A DNA stretch of 64,000 bases from Candidatus Latescibacterota bacterium (GCA_038279365.1 JAYODI010000010.1:34762-98761), one strand, 5' to 3'; positions 43,944 through 54,534 are shown, counted from the first letter of the stretch. Program-made: numbers and translations. The notes: a model not told the origin generated them from the letters alone.

Positions 43944-44972
43944 ATGAATTACGCCATCCAGTTTGGTTTTTGTGTGCCCATCTTTGCTATGCCAGGGGGG
44001 CGATTGTTTCGCACGCCAGCCTACGAACGGCTCGATGCGCGTGTGACCTTTGAGTTGGGTGTGACTGCTGACCACTTGGGTTTCGATTCACTGTGGGTTG
44101 CCGACCATCTCTTTTTGGGGCGTGACGATGCCATTTTGGAAGGGTGGACAACGCTGTGTGCGTTGGCTGGGGCAACAAAACGTGCGAAGTTGGGTATGAT
44201 TCACATGGCGCATTTTTTAAGGCATGCGCCCATTACCGCAAAGATGGCAGCGACGCTCGATCAGCTCTCCAATGGGCGTTTGATCCATTTTGTTGATGGC
44301 GGAAACCGTGCAGAAGAATTTCAGCGATATGGGTTGCCGTGGGCAGAGCCAGTAGAAACGCGTATTGAACATTTGGTGGAAGAATTGGAACTGACAATAG
44401 CTTTGTGGACGCAAGAAGGGCCAGTGGACTATAACGGGCACTTTCATCAGTTGCACGGTGCGCCATTTGCGCCCAAACCTTTGCAAAAGCCCCATCCACC
44501 CATCTGGTTGGGAGAACCCAAACCCACAATGCTTGATGCTGTGGCGCGATATGCCCAAGGTTGGAACAGCGTACCAGCATCAGTGGAAGAGATGGAACGG
44601 CGTTTGGTGGCGTTGCGCGAGGCGTGTTTTCGGGCAGGGAGGGATTATGGAGAGATAGAGAAGAGCCTTGAGATGCAGATTCTTGTTGCGCCCAGTTTGG
44701 ACGATGTGCGTGCCAAACTTCAGGCGATGCTGGCTGTCAACCCACCAGAATCTGAGGATGAGCAAATGACGGCTTTTTTGAGTGGTGCAACAAATACCCC
44801 ACCAGATGCGCTGACACGCATGACCCTTGTTGGAACGCCAGGTCAAGTGGCCGACCAGATCCAGAAATACATAGATGTTGGGGTGACGCACTTTATGTGG
44901 TGGTTCCTCGATGCGCCAGATGAAGCGGGGATGCGACTGTTTATGGATGAGGTGGCACCGCGTTGGCAATAA
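43944..44972 (+). CDS. LLM-class flavin-dependent oxidoreductase (luciferase-like)
   Basis: GFDSLWVADH, AKMAATLDQLSNGR and PKPLQKPHPPIW motifs. Confidence 0.9.
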   Translation: MNYAIQFGFCVPIFAMPGGRLFRTPAYERLDARVTFELGVTADHLGFDSLWVADHLFLGRDDAILEGWTTLCALAGATKRAKLGMIHMAHFLRHAPITAKMAATLDQLSNGRLIHFVDGGNRAEEFQRYGLPWAEPVETRIEHLVEELELTIALWTQEGPVDYNGHFHQLHGAPFAPKPLQKPHPPIWLGEPKPTMLDAVARYAQGWNSVPASVEEMERRLVALREACFRAGRDYGEIEKSLEMQILVAPSLDDVRAKLQAMLAVNPPESEDEQMTAFLSGATNTPPDALTRMTLVGTPGQVADQIQKYIDVGVTHFMWWFLDAPDEAGMRLFMDEVAPRWQ

Positions 44973-45012
44973 TGCAAAATGATGATGAGAATGAGTTATG
45001 AGCGAAATATAA

Positions 45013-45046
45013 AAACAAAAGGCGTCCAAAGGGACGCCTTTTGTTT
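45013..45046. terminator. Intrinsic (bidirectional-type) terminator
   Basis: AAACAAAAGGCGTCC/GGACGCCTTTTGTTT. Confidence 0.8.
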
Positions 45047-45293
45047 GATGCCAAGCCTAAACGAGTAAATGGGATAAATGTAAGCCATAAAAATGAATCT
45101 GGGAGTGATTTCGGTCACCAATTTGGAGATTTATTTCAAGCGCATAGGCTTCGTCGGGGGAGATTTCGTCTTGTTTTGTACAAATCCCTGATTAAACTTG
45201 ACCTTATGGCAGATTTCGCTTACTTTTAAACGTTCAGCTGTTTGAACAAATTATTTGGCTATTTTATTGTGTTACAGTCGATTGGAAATTTGA

Positions 45294-46718
45294 ATGGATA
45301 AACCGACACGTGCCCAAGTAGAGGGGCGCTCAGTTACAAAAGAGTTGGAAGTTGGCCTAAAAATTGAAACGGTTCTGCCCGATGGCATTGGTGAGGCTTT
45401 GGGATTGGTGCCTGGAGATCTGCTTGAAGCCATCAACGAGCAACCGATTCGGGATGCAATTGATTATCGTTTTCACTTGGGCGAAGAAGATATTGAAGTG
45501 CAAATCCGTCGGGGTTCCGATGTGTTTATTTTTGAAATTGAAAAAGACATCGAAGATGATTTGGGTGTAGAATTTGAAGAAATGCCCATCTTGAAATGTG
45601 ACAACAAGTGTGTGTTTTGTTTTTTGCATCAAATGCCAAAAGGGATGCGCAAAACCTTGTACTATCAAGATGATGACTATCGCCTGTCGTTTTTACATGG
45701 CGCATACGTTACGTTGACAAATTTATCAGATGAAGAATTTAAACGCATTATCAATCAGCGTTTAAATCCTATGTATATCTCTGTGCATGCAACCGATCCA
45801 ACCCTTAGAGCAGAGCTTTTAGGACGCAAAGACCCCACGCCCGTTTTGGATCGCATAGATGTGCTGGCCAAAGAGGGGATTCGCATGCACACACAGGTGG
45901 TGTTGTGCCCTGGCGTAAACGACGGACAAGCTCTAAAACAAACAATTTTTGATTTGGCCGAACGGCACCCACATATTGAATCGGTTGGTGTGGTGCCTTT
46001 GGGGTTGACCAAGTTTCGCAAAAATTTGCCTGAATTGACCCCAGTGTCTATTGCTGATGCAGAGACGGTCATTAAACAAGTAACACAGTGGCAAGATGGG
46101 TATAAAAAGAAATATGGCACCCGCTTTGTGTATTTGGGGGATGAATTTTATCTCAAAGCAGGCCAACCCATTCCATCTCCAGAAGCTTATGATGGGTTTC
46201 CATTGGTGGAAAATGGAATTGGCATGGTTCGGCGCTTTGTGGATGCTTTCGATGATCAAATAGAAGTGCTGGAAAATATGGAATCGGCCCCATACACTTT
46301 TGTTTTGGTCACGGGGATGTTGGGGCAACAGTTTTTGGCGCCAATGGTTGAGCGCTTGAACCAAATTCCCTGGATTTCGGCCCGCTTGGTCACTGTTGCC
46401 AATCGGTTCTTAGGAGAAGGCATTACTGTGTCGGGGTTGTTGACGGGAGCTGATATCGCAGATGCGGTGCAAAAAGCGGGTGTAACAGAAACCGATCACG
46501 TGTTGTTGCCTCCTAATTGTGTGAACCACAACGGTCTATTTTTAGACGATTTGACCCCCGCTAATTTGAGTAGTCAGTTGGGGTGTTCGGTATATGTGGG
46601 CACCTATGATCTTGTAGAATCGATACAAAATGCTATAGATGGGATCTCGGAATGCCCCATTATGGGCAGCGAAGAAGTCGCACATCCCTATATCTCATCT
46701 CATCAGGTAGATGTTTAA
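45294..46718 (+). CDS. DUF512 Fe-S/radical-SAM-like protein with N-terminal PDZ-like domain
   Basis: CDNKCVFC, DDDYRLSFL.G.Y.TLTN, ENGIG and TVSGLLTG motifs. Confidence 0.85.
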   Translation: MDKPTRAQVEGRSVTKELEVGLKIETVLPDGIGEALGLVPGDLLEAINEQPIRDAIDYRFHLGEEDIEVQIRRGSDVFIFEIEKDIEDDLGVEFEEMPILKCDNKCVFCFLHQMPKGMRKTLYYQDDDYRLSFLHGAYVTLTNLSDEEFKRIINQRLNPMYISVHATDPTLRAELLGRKDPTPVLDRIDVLAKEGIRMHTQVVLCPGVNDGQALKQTIFDLAERHPHIESVGVVPLGLTKFRKNLPELTPVSIADAETVIKQVTQWQDGYKKKYGTRFVYLGDEFYLKAGQPIPSPEAYDGFPLVENGIGMVRRFVDAFDDQIEVLENMESAPYTFVLVTGMLGQQFLAPMVERLNQIPWISARLVTVANRFLGEGITVSGLLTGADIADAVQKAGVTETDHVLLPPNCVNHNGLFLDDLTPANLSSQLGCSVYVGTYDLVESIQNAIDGISECPIMGSEEVAHPYISSHQVDV

Positions 46719-46728
46719 GGAGGCAGGA

Positions 46729-48042
46729 GTGGATAAGGGCGTAGTGGCCATTGTTGGTCGTCCAAATGTAGGAAAATCAACACTTTTTAATCGTCTAATT
46801 GGCGAGCGCAAGGCGGTTATTGACGATTTTCCCGGTGTGACACGCGATCGAAATTACGGAGAAGTGATTTGGGGGAGGGATACTTTTACCCTCATAGATA
46901 CGGGTGGCTATTTGCCCGACTCTGGCGAAGTGCTTACCGATTCGGTGTCTGATCAAGTAGAAGTTGCCCTTGGTGAAGCCGATGCAATTTTAATGGTTGT
47001 GGATGCCCGTACTGGGCCGGTTGATTACGATGAGATCATGGCGCGTCTCATTCGCGATTCAGGAAAACCATACTTATTGGTCGTCAATAAGGTTGATGGG
47101 GATCGCGATGATGCCGATGCGGCCATGTTTTATAAGTTGGGTTTGGGAGAGCCAACCTCCGTTTCTGCAATCAATGGTCGGTTTTCGGGTGATTTGTTGG
47201 ATAAAACCATTGCAATGTTGCCTGAAGGGAAAGAAGGTGTTGTCGAAGAAAACACCCCCCCACGCATTGCCATTATGGGGCGTCCCAATATGGGCAAGTC
47301 CACACTGGTAAACCACATATTGGGAGAACAACGCGTGGTGGTCAGTGATGTTCCTGGCACCACACGCGATGCCATTGATGTGCCCATGAAACGAGATGGG
47401 CGTGAGTTTATTCTGATTGATACAGCCGGTTTGCGCCGCAGGGCACGTGCCAAAGAACAAGTAGAGTATTACAGTTCCTTGCGCACAAGTGAAAGCTTAG
47501 AGCGGTGCGATGTGGCCATTATTTTGGTCGATGCAACCGAGGGGTGTACGGTTCAAGATGTCAAAATCATTGATCGTGCCATTGAACTGGGAAAAGGTGT
47601 TGTTATTGGGGTGAATAAGTGGGATTTGGTAGAAAAAGACCACCGCACGTCTGATGCCATTTCTAAAGAAATCACCGCCCGATTTTCTAACCTTGCGCAC
47701 TATCCCATTATTTTTGGGTCCGCACTCACAGGACAACGTGCGTGGCGCATGATTGATGAGGCCTTGTTGGTTGCAGATCGGCGTGCTTGCCACATTCCAA
47801 CAGGAGATCTCAACAAGTTTTTGGTAGACATCAATGAAACAACCTCTCCGCCCACCAAAAATGGGCGTGTATTTCGCATGACTTTTTGTGTGATGCCCAG
47901 GTCATCACCGCCAACCATTTTGTTTTTTACTTCTCGTCCTAAAGATGTTCCCACTCACTATAAACGCTTCTTGGAAAACCGTTTGCGAGAAACATTTGAT
48001 TTTACAGGAACACCCATTCGCATCGTTTTCAGAAAGAAATGA
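46729..48042 (+). CDS. der: Ribosome biogenesis GTPase Der
   Basis: Two GRPN.GKS G-domains plus KH-like tail FTGTPI. Confidence 0.95.
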   Translation: MDKGVVAIVGRPNVGKSTLFNRLIGERKAVIDDFPGVTRDRNYGEVIWGRDTFTLIDTGGYLPDSGEVLTDSVSDQVEVALGEADAILMVVDARTGPVDYDEIMARLIRDSGKPYLLVVNKVDGDRDDADAAMFYKLGLGEPTSVSAINGRFSGDLLDKTIAMLPEGKEGVVEENTPPRIAIMGRPNMGKSTLVNHILGEQRVVVSDVPGTTRDAIDVPMKRDGREFILIDTAGLRRRARAKEQVEYYSSLRTSESLERCDVAIILVDATEGCTVQDVKIIDRAIELGKGVVIGVNKWDLVEKDHRTSDAISKEITARFSNLAHYPIIFGSALTGQRAWRMIDEALLVADRRACHIPTGDLNKFLVDINETTSPPTKNGRVFRMTFCVMPRSSPPTILFFTSRPKDVPTHYKRFLENRLRETFDFTGTPIRIVFRKK

Positions 48043-48046
48043 TCGC

Positions 48047-48427
48047 ATGCCTGTAGAGGGATTGAAAAAGCTTTATTATTCGATTCGTGAAGTATCCGAT
48101 CTAACCGGTGTCGAGTCTCATGTGCTCCGTTTTTGGGAAAAAGAATTCTCATTGTTACGGCCTCGGCGGGGGCGTTCGGGTAATCGCACCTACAAAGAGC
48201 GTGATATCAAAATTATTTTGGCCATTAAAGATCTGCTCTATAAACAAAAGTACACCACACAGGGGGCGGTGGAGCAATTAAAACAAAACCGCGAAATGTG
48301 GGAGCAACTTTCTTTGGAAGATGCTCTGAAGGCTTCAAAAAGTGACTTGGAACAGTTGCGTGAAATGCTTTTAGAACTGCGAGATTTGGTTTCTGGAAAA
48401 GCCCCAATCTCTCATTCTAAAATGTAA
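48047..48427 (+). CDS. MerR-family transcriptional regulator
   Basis: KLYYSIREVS...HVLRFWEKEF...GNRTY. Confidence 0.9.
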   Translation: MPVEGLKKLYYSIREVSDLTGVESHVLRFWEKEFSLLRPRRGRSGNRTYKERDIKIILAIKDLLYKQKYTTQGAVEQLKQNREMWEQLSLEDALKASKSDLEQLREMLLELRDLVSGKAPISHSKM

Positions 48428-48483
48428 TTAACTGTTGCGTTATATTATGGAATTTTCTATATTTAGGTTCTCTCGAATTACCC

Positions 48484-48509
48484 AGAGTGGGCCGCCTGCC
48501 CACTCTTTT
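48484..48509 (+). promoter_or_regulatory. rimP leader hairpin
   Basis: AGAGTGGGC/GCCCACTCT followed by T-run, the conserved hairpin seen upstream of rimP in many bacteria. Confidence 0.75.
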
Positions 48510-48540
48510 GAGTATATGGGCTTTTGTTGGTGGTATTTTT

Positions 48541-48990
48541 GTGGAAATAACAGCGCTTAATTCAAAACTCGAAGGCTTGATTTTGCCCGTTCTTGAAGCG
48601 CGTCAATTAGAGCTTGTAGAATTGCGCATTTCGGGTGGGCAACGACGCAAATTGATCCGTCTTTATGTCGATGGCCCCAATGGGATTACCATTGATGAAT
48701 GTGCCGCAGTCAGTCGAGAAATTGGTGATGTTTTTGATGCGTATGATCTGATCGTTGGTACCTATGTTTTGGAGGTGTCTTCACCTGGGCTTACGCGACC
48801 CTTAAAAACAGATCGAGATTTTGAGCGGGTTATTGGCAAAAGCTTGCAGTTAGATGTAACGGGTTTAGGAGAATGTGTCGGCACATTACAGTCTGTTTCT
48901 GCTGACCACTTGATGGTTGAAATTGAAGGAGAGCTTGTCTCTGTTGATCGTGAACACATACACAAAGCAAATTTGCATTTTGAAATATGA
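48541..48990 (+). CDS. rimP: Ribosome maturation factor RimP
   Basis: GITIDECA.VSR and YVLEVSSPG..RPL motifs. Confidence 0.95.
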   Translation: MEITALNSKLEGLILPVLEARQLELVELRISGGQRRKLIRLYVDGPNGITIDECAAVSREIGDVFDAYDLIVGTYVLEVSSPGLTRPLKTDRDFERVIGKSLQLDVTGLGECVGTLQSVSADHLMVEIEGELVSVDREHIHKANLHFEI

Positions 48991-49007
48991 AGTAGGGAGG
49001 CAATGCC

Positions 49008-50486
49008 TTGAACTATGAAGTTTTAGAGGCTTTAAGACAAATTGCACAAGAGAAAAACGTAAACCGCGATTTGGTGGTCGAAACGCTTGAAGTGGGGCTT
49101 ATTTCGGCGGCCAAAAAGCGTTTTGGTCTTGGCGATAACGTCGAAGTCACTTTCGACAATGGCTCTGGCGCAATTTTGGTAGAGGCCATTAAAGATGTCG
49201 TTGCAGATGATGAGGTCGAAGAACCTGGTTTGCAAATGGCTTTAAGTGAAGCAAAAGAAATAAACCCCGCCATAGAAGTTGGCGGTCAAATACGCCAAGC
49301 ATTGCCATTTGAAGCGTTTGGACGTAATGCCATCCAAACCGCCAAGCAGGTGCTTGTGCAACGGGTTCGAGAAGCAGAGCGCGATAAAATTCACGAAGAC
49401 TATCAAGGCCGTGTGGGTGAAATTATTTCAGGCACTGTCCAGCAAATTAGTCGTGGTGATATTCTTGTCAATTTGGGGCGCACAGAAGCGGTTATTCCGC
49501 TTAAGGAACAAATCAGAAAAGAGCGCTACCGCCAAGGGGATCCCATTCGTGCTTATGTGGTAAATGTGTTGCGCACGGCCAAAGGGCCTCAAGTTTTGTT
49601 GTCGCGCACACATCCTGGTTTATTGGATAAGTTGTTTCAACTTGAAGTGCCCGAAATTTATGAAGGTACCATTGAGGTCAAGGCTGTTGCACGTGAACCT
49701 GGAGAACGTGCCAAAATTGCCGTTCATTCCAATGATGCACGCATCGACCCAGTGGGTGCGTGTGTGGGCATGAAAGGCTCTCGCGTCCAAGCCGTTGTAA
49801 GAGAATTGAGCAATGAACGCATAGACATTGTACCTTGGAGTGAAGACGAGGCTATTTTCCTTTCTCGTGCCTTGAGCCCTGCCATTGTTAAGCGTGTAGT
49901 GATCGACCGTCGTGAACGTCGGATGTCTGCGATTGTCGACGATGATCAATTGTCGTTGGCCATTGGCAAATCTGGCCAAAATGCGCGTTTGGCTGCCCAA
50001 CTAACGGGTTGGCACGTCGATATTATGACCGAGTCGCGTTTTGAAGAACAACAGGCAGAGCGTGCCGCAACGTCTGTTGCTTTAAATGAAGTGCCCGGAA
50101 TTGGTAAAGTGATGCTTGAGCGTTTGGATGAAGCGGGTATTCATTCGGCCAACACACTGGTTCGCATTCCATTATACAAGTTAACACAAGTGCCTGGAAT
50201 TGGCGAAGCCACGGGTGCAAAATTGCAAGAAACTGCAAAAGAGATTGTAGATGCCCGCATTGCTGCTTACCGCGAGGAAACCGCAAAAGCTCAGGCAGAA
50301 CAAGCTGCAATTGCAAAAGTTGAGGCAGTAAAAGCTGCCAAAGCCCAGGCAGAACAAACCGCCAAAGCAGAAGCCGAGGCCACTGATGCGGCTGTTGTAG
50401 AGACAGTAATTGAAGACTCTGAACCAGAAATATTACAAGCTGAAGAATCGGTAGCACAAGCAGAAAAATCAGATTCTGATGCCTAA
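49008..50486 (+). CDS. nusA: Transcription factor NusA (HhH and Ala/Glu-rich tail)
   Basis: GRNAIQTAKQV, AREPGERAK, DPVGACVGMKGSRV and AIGK.GQNARLA motifs. Confidence 0.97.
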   Translation: MNYEVLEALRQIAQEKNVNRDLVVETLEVGLISAAKKRFGLGDNVEVTFDNGSGAILVEAIKDVVADDEVEEPGLQMALSEAKEINPAIEVGGQIRQALPFEAFGRNAIQTAKQVLVQRVREAERDKIHEDYQGRVGEIISGTVQQISRGDILVNLGRTEAVIPLKEQIRKERYRQGDPIRAYVVNVLRTAKGPQVLLSRTHPGLLDKLFQLEVPEIYEGTIEVKAVAREPGERAKIAVHSNDARIDPVGACVGMKGSRVQAVVRELSNERIDIVPWSEDEAIFLSRALSPAIVKRVVIDRRERRMSAIVDDDQLSLAIGKSGQNARLAAQLTGWHVDIMTESRFEEQQAERAATSVALNEVPGIGKVMLERLDEAGIHSANTLVRIPLYKLTQVPGIGEATGAKLQETAKEIVDARIAAYREETAKAQAEQAAIAKVEAVKAAKAQAEQTAKAEAEATDAAVVETVIEDSEPEILQAEESVAQAEKSDSDA

Positions 50487-50500
50487 GGAGGTGACGCCGT

Positions 50501-53014
50501 TTGGCTAAAACGACGACCAATAGCAATACCACAACCGAAAAGAAAAAGCGCGTTTATGAAGTCGCACGCGAGTTTAATCTTTCCAGCGTTGCGATGGTAG
50601 AACAAATTCGAAGCTTAGGCTTTGAAGTAAAAAACCACATGGCTGTCTGTACTCAAGATATGATGGATGGGATCCAAAAGAAGTTTGAAGAAGAGCGGAA
50701 CGCATCGCGTCAAGAAATTAAACGCAAAGACATTCAACAAAAAGAACGGCAAAAAGACAGCCCTGTATCTTCACCTGCTGGAACTTCACAGGCCCAATCC
50801 AGATCCCAACGACCATCTGGGAGTGGGAGTGGTGGGCAAGGTGATTCAGATCGTCCACGTCGTCGTCGCAGACGTCGGACCGTGGAACATGTGCCCGTTG
50901 TCGAACATGTTGGCGATCCAACACCGGCACCGGCTCCGACCGTTTCACAAAAGCCGTCTTCGCCACCAAGGCCTAAAACAACGCAGGTCAATGATGCACC
51001 CAAAGTGGAATCGCGTCAGCAAGAACAAAGATCTCAACCTGCACCAGAAGCCGCGACAGGTGGGGGTGCCGATGGACAATCCGATTCTCGCAGCAGCAGT
51101 CGTCGTCGCAGACGTCGTCGCAAACGCCCACAAGTAGATGAGCGCGAAGTTTCTGATAATGTCAAGCGCACATTGGCACAAATGACATCTGGTGGGGCAT
51201 CTGCCAGAACCCGTCGCCGTCGCCGTCATGAAGAAGAAGATGTTGATGCCGCAGAAGAAATGCAGGTATTGAAGGTCAGCGAGTTTACCACTGTTGGTGA
51301 ATTGGCCTCTCAAATGGATGTGCGTCCAACTGAAGTCATTACCCAGTGTTTGCAATTGGGCATGATGGTTACCATCAACCAACGTTTGGATATGGATACC
51401 ATCGCTCTGGTTGCCGATGAATTTGGTTTTGGCGTTGAAGAGTTGGAAGAATATGGCGAAGAGCTTTTTGAAGCCGAAGAGGTAGAAGATGAGGCTTTGT
51501 TAAAGCCACGTCCTCCCGTAGTGACCATCATGGGGCATGTTGACCATGGTAAAACATCTCTCTTGGACTATATTCGAGCAACCAATGTGGTTGCAGGTGA
51601 AGCCGGTGGGATTACGCAACATATTGGTGCTTACCACGTTGAGTTAGAAGGTGGTAAAGAAATTTGTTTCTTAGATACACCAGGTCACCAAGCTTTTACG
51701 GCGATGCGTGCTCGTGGTGCTAAGGTTACCGATGTGGTTGTGTTGATTGTGGCCGCCGATGACAATGTGATGCCTCAAACCATAGAAGCCATAGATCACG
51801 CCAAAGCAGCCGAAGTGCCCATTGTGGTAGCCATCAACAAAATTGACTTGCCCACAGCAAATCCCGATAAAATCAAGCGCGAATTGGCTTCACACGGCGT
51901 GTTGGTTGAAGGGTGGGGTGGGCAGATCCAATGTTGTGAAATTTCTGCCATGACGGGTAAAAATGTTGATGGTTTGCTCGAATTGTTGGCCTTAGAAACC
52001 GAAATTATGGAATTAAAAGCCAATCCTGATAAGCGTGCCAAAGGTACCATTATTGAGGCACAAATTGATCGTGGACGTGGCAATGTCGCAACCGTATTGG
52101 TACAAGAAGGAACCATGCGGGTAGGCGATCCCTTCATTACGGGTATGTTTAGTGGACGTGTGCGGGCCATGTTAGATGAGCGTGGGCAAACGGTAGATGT
52201 GGCAGGTCCATCTCGTCCCGTACAAGTTTTGGGGTTAGATGGTTTGCCCCAAGCCGGTGATACGTTTCATGTGGTAGAAAATGAACGCGAAGCACGTGAA
52301 ATTAGCCACAAACGCCAACAATTGCGGCGTGAACAAGAATTTCACCGTGTGAAGCGCATCAGTCTATCTGATATTCACAACCGTATTGAAGCCGGTAATA
52401 TTGAAGAACTGCGCATCATCATCAAAGGTGATGTTGATGGATCTGTCGAAGCCTTGCAAGATGCACTGTTGCAAATTGAGCACGACGAGGTGCGGTTGGC
52501 GGTTATTCACCGTGCCGTTGGGGCCATTTCACCATCCGATGTTTTGTTGGCATCTGCTTCTGATGCCATCATTATTGGCTTCAATGTGCGCCCAGACGCC
52601 AATGCCCGTGAAGCTGCTGCTCAAGAACAAATCGACATTCGCCTGTACCGAGTGATTTACGAGGCGGTTGAAGATATTCGTGCAGCGCTTTCAGGTCTTT
52701 TGGCACCCAAAGTGGAAGAAAAAGTTTTGGGTGAAGCACAAGTGCGCGAGTTGTTCCAAGTGCCTCGTATGGGAACCATTGCAGGATGTATGGTTTCTTC
52801 TGGGCAAATTTCACGTACAACACGTGTTCATGTGGTGCGTGGTGGGGTGGTTGTTTACGAAGGCCAGTTGGCATCTTTGCGTCGTTTTAAAGATGATGTG
52901 CGCGATGTGTCAAGTGGGTTTGAATGTGGTCTCAGCATTGAAAACTTTAATGATATTAAAGTTGGCGATGTGATTGAGGCGTATCATCTGGTCGAAACAT
53001 CTCGTTCCATATAG
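50501..53014 (+). CDS. infB: Translation initiation factor IF-2
   Basis: RPPVVTIMGHVDHGKTSLLD, DTPGHQAF and SLRRFKDDV motifs. Confidence 0.97.
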   Translation: MAKTTTNSNTTTEKKKRVYEVAREFNLSSVAMVEQIRSLGFEVKNHMAVCTQDMMDGIQKKFEEERNASRQEIKRKDIQQKERQKDSPVSSPAGTSQAQSRSQRPSGSGSGGQGDSDRPRRRRRRRTVEHVPVVEHVGDPTPAPAPTVSQKPSSPPRPKTTQVNDAPKVESRQQEQRSQPAPEAATGGGADGQSDSRSSSRRRRRRRKRPQVDEREVSDNVKRTLAQMTSGGASARTRRRRRHEEEDVDAAEEMQVLKVSEFTTVGELASQMDVRPTEVITQCLQLGMMVTINQRLDMDTIALVADEFGFGVEELEEYGEELFEAEEVEDEALLKPRPPVVTIMGHVDHGKTSLLDYIRATNVVAGEAGGITQHIGAYHVELEGGKEICFLDTPGHQAFTAMRARGAKVTDVVVLIVAADDNVMPQTIEAIDHAKAAEVPIVVAINKIDLPTANPDKIKRELASHGVLVEGWGGQIQCCEISAMTGKNVDGLLELLALETEIMELKANPDKRAKGTIIEAQIDRGRGNVATVLVQEGTMRVGDPFITGMFSGRVRAMLDERGQTVDVAGPSRPVQVLGLDGLPQAGDTFHVVENEREAREISHKRQQLRREQEFHRVKRISLSDIHNRIEAGNIEELRIIIKGDVDGSVEALQDALLQIEHDEVRLAVIHRAVGAISPSDVLLASASDAIIIGFNVRPDANAREAAAQEQIDIRLYRVIYEAVEDIRAALSGLLAPKVEEKVLGEAQVRELFQVPRMGTIAGCMVSSGQISRTTRVHVVRGGVVVYEGQLASLRRFKDDVRDVSSGFECGLSIENFNDIKVGDVIEAYHLVETSRSI

Positions 53015-53016
53015 AA

Positions 53017-53298
53017 ATGACCATTGGTATTTGTCGATTTGAGTTGTATTTGCCAGCCTGCCAATCTTTAAAAGAAAAACGCAGTTTGGTTAAAAGTTTG
53101 ATCGCTCGCATTGGAAACAAGCACAATGCGTCGGTTTCTGAGCTTGAACAAAACGATATGTTGCAAAAAGCATTGATTGGCGTTGCGGTGATTTCGAATT
53201 CATCGCCTCATGCCAATCAAATGTTGTCAAAGATCGTTGAGATGGTACAACGAGAAACCGAATTGATACTCATGGATTACACCTTGGAATTGCTTTAA
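53017..53298 (+). CDS. DUF503 (YlxP-like) protein
   Basis: SLKEKR..VKSL...N.SVSE motif and position between infB and rbfA. Confidence 0.85.
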   Translation: MTIGICRFELYLPACQSLKEKRSLVKSLIARIGNKHNASVSELEQNDMLQKALIGVAVISNSSPHANQMLSKIVEMVQRETELILMDYTLELL

Positions 53299-53299
53299 T

Positions 53300-53635
53300 A
53301 TGGCTTCTTATCGCCCAGAGAGTGTTGGTCGCAGCATTCAGGTTGAATTGAGTAAAATCTTGCGGGAAGAAAGCAAAGATCCGCGCCTGCAAGATGTGAC
53401 CATTACGGGTGTGACCATGTCGCAAGATCTGCGTACTGCAAAAGTCTATATCAGTATCTTTGACGGTGACAAAGATGATGTTTTAGAAGGTTTGGGTCGT
53501 GCAAATGCTTTTTTAAGACGTCAGGTTGGTCAGCGTGTGCGACTGCGACATGTGCCCGAGTTGTTTTTTTCTTTTGATGACTCGCTCGAGCATGGGTCGC
53601 GTATTGATCAACTCCTTAGCCAATTAGACACATAA
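53300..53635 (+). CDS. rbfA: Ribosome-binding factor A
   Basis: KDPRL, DLRTAKVY and LRHVPEL.F..D.S motifs. Confidence 0.95.
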   Translation: MASYRPESVGRSIQVELSKILREESKDPRLQDVTITGVTMSQDLRTAKVYISIFDGDKDDVLEGLGRANAFLRRQVGQRVRLRHVPELFFSFDDSLEHGSRIDQLLSQLDT

Positions 53636-53636
53636 T

Positions 53637-54524
53637 TTGGATGGTTTTTTAGGGATCAACAAACCGTCTGGATGCACGTCTCACGACGTTGTGAATCAAA
53701 TTCGACGTTTGTTTCATATAAAAAAAGTTGGCCATACCGGCACCCTTGATCCGATGGCAACCGGGGTGCTGGTTTTGTGTTTGGGTAAGTACACACGCTT
53801 AAGTCAATATGTGACGGCATCCGATAAAAAATATCGCGCTGAGATCACTTTGGGCGTAGAAACCGACACACAAGATCGAGAAGGGCAAATTATCCAACAA
53901 TCGGATGATGTGCCTGAAGGGGTGGATGCGTTAAGGGATATTTTTCCGTCATTTTTGGGTAAAATAGAGCAAATTCCGCCCATGCATTCTGCTGTTCGTG
54001 TGGGGGGGAAAAGACTTTATGAATTGGCTCGAAAAGGGGAAGATGTCATACGCCCCAGCCGTGAAGTTGAAATTTTTACTTTGGACATGGTGCATTACCA
54101 AAAACCCATTTTGACTCTGGATGTTTGGTGCTCCAAAGGCACGTATATTCGCACATTGGCTGCCGACTTGGGGCATCGCCTCGGGTGCGGTGCTCATTTG
54201 TCTCAGTTGCAGCGCACGGCCGTTGGACAAATAAAACTGTCTGATTGTCATACACTACACGACATCGCCAATGTTGTCGATGCAGGTGTTGAGGGTGCCT
54301 TTTTAGATATCCATCGGGTTTTAAATTTGCCACGTTTAACGCTTTCGGTGGCACAAACCCCAAAATTTGTAAACGGCAATCCGCTCATAGATATAGACGC
54401 AGACCGAGAAAATTTTGAGCAGGCATTTTGTGTGTTTGACTGTGACGATCATTTAATTGGTATTGGACGTTGGCACACCGATGGTTTTCGGCCCGAGTGT
54501 GTCATTGCTCAGCGAGAAAGCTGA
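53637..54524 (+). CDS. truB: tRNA pseudouridine55 synthase
   Basis: KVGHTGTLDPMATG and CSKGTYIRTL motifs. Confidence 0.95.
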   Translation: MDGFLGINKPSGCTSHDVVNQIRRLFHIKKVGHTGTLDPMATGVLVLCLGKYTRLSQYVTASDKKYRAEITLGVETDTQDREGQIIQQSDDVPEGVDALRDIFPSFLGKIEQIPPMHSAVRVGGKRLYELARKGEDVIRPSREVEIFTLDMVHYQKPILTLDVWCSKGTYIRTLAADLGHRLGCGAHLSQLQRTAVGQIKLSDCHTLHDIANVVDAGVEGAFLDIHRVLNLPRLTLSVAQTPKFVNGNPLIDIDADRENFEQAFCVFDCDDHLIGIGRWHTDGFRPECVIAQRES

Positions 54525-54534
54525 ATCGCCCTAC

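Noticed and set aside
50858-51117. Duplicated GTCGTCGTCGCAGACGTCG in infB, and AKAQAEQ repeats in the nusA tail
   Set aside because: Low-complexity coding repeats in regions known to be variable.
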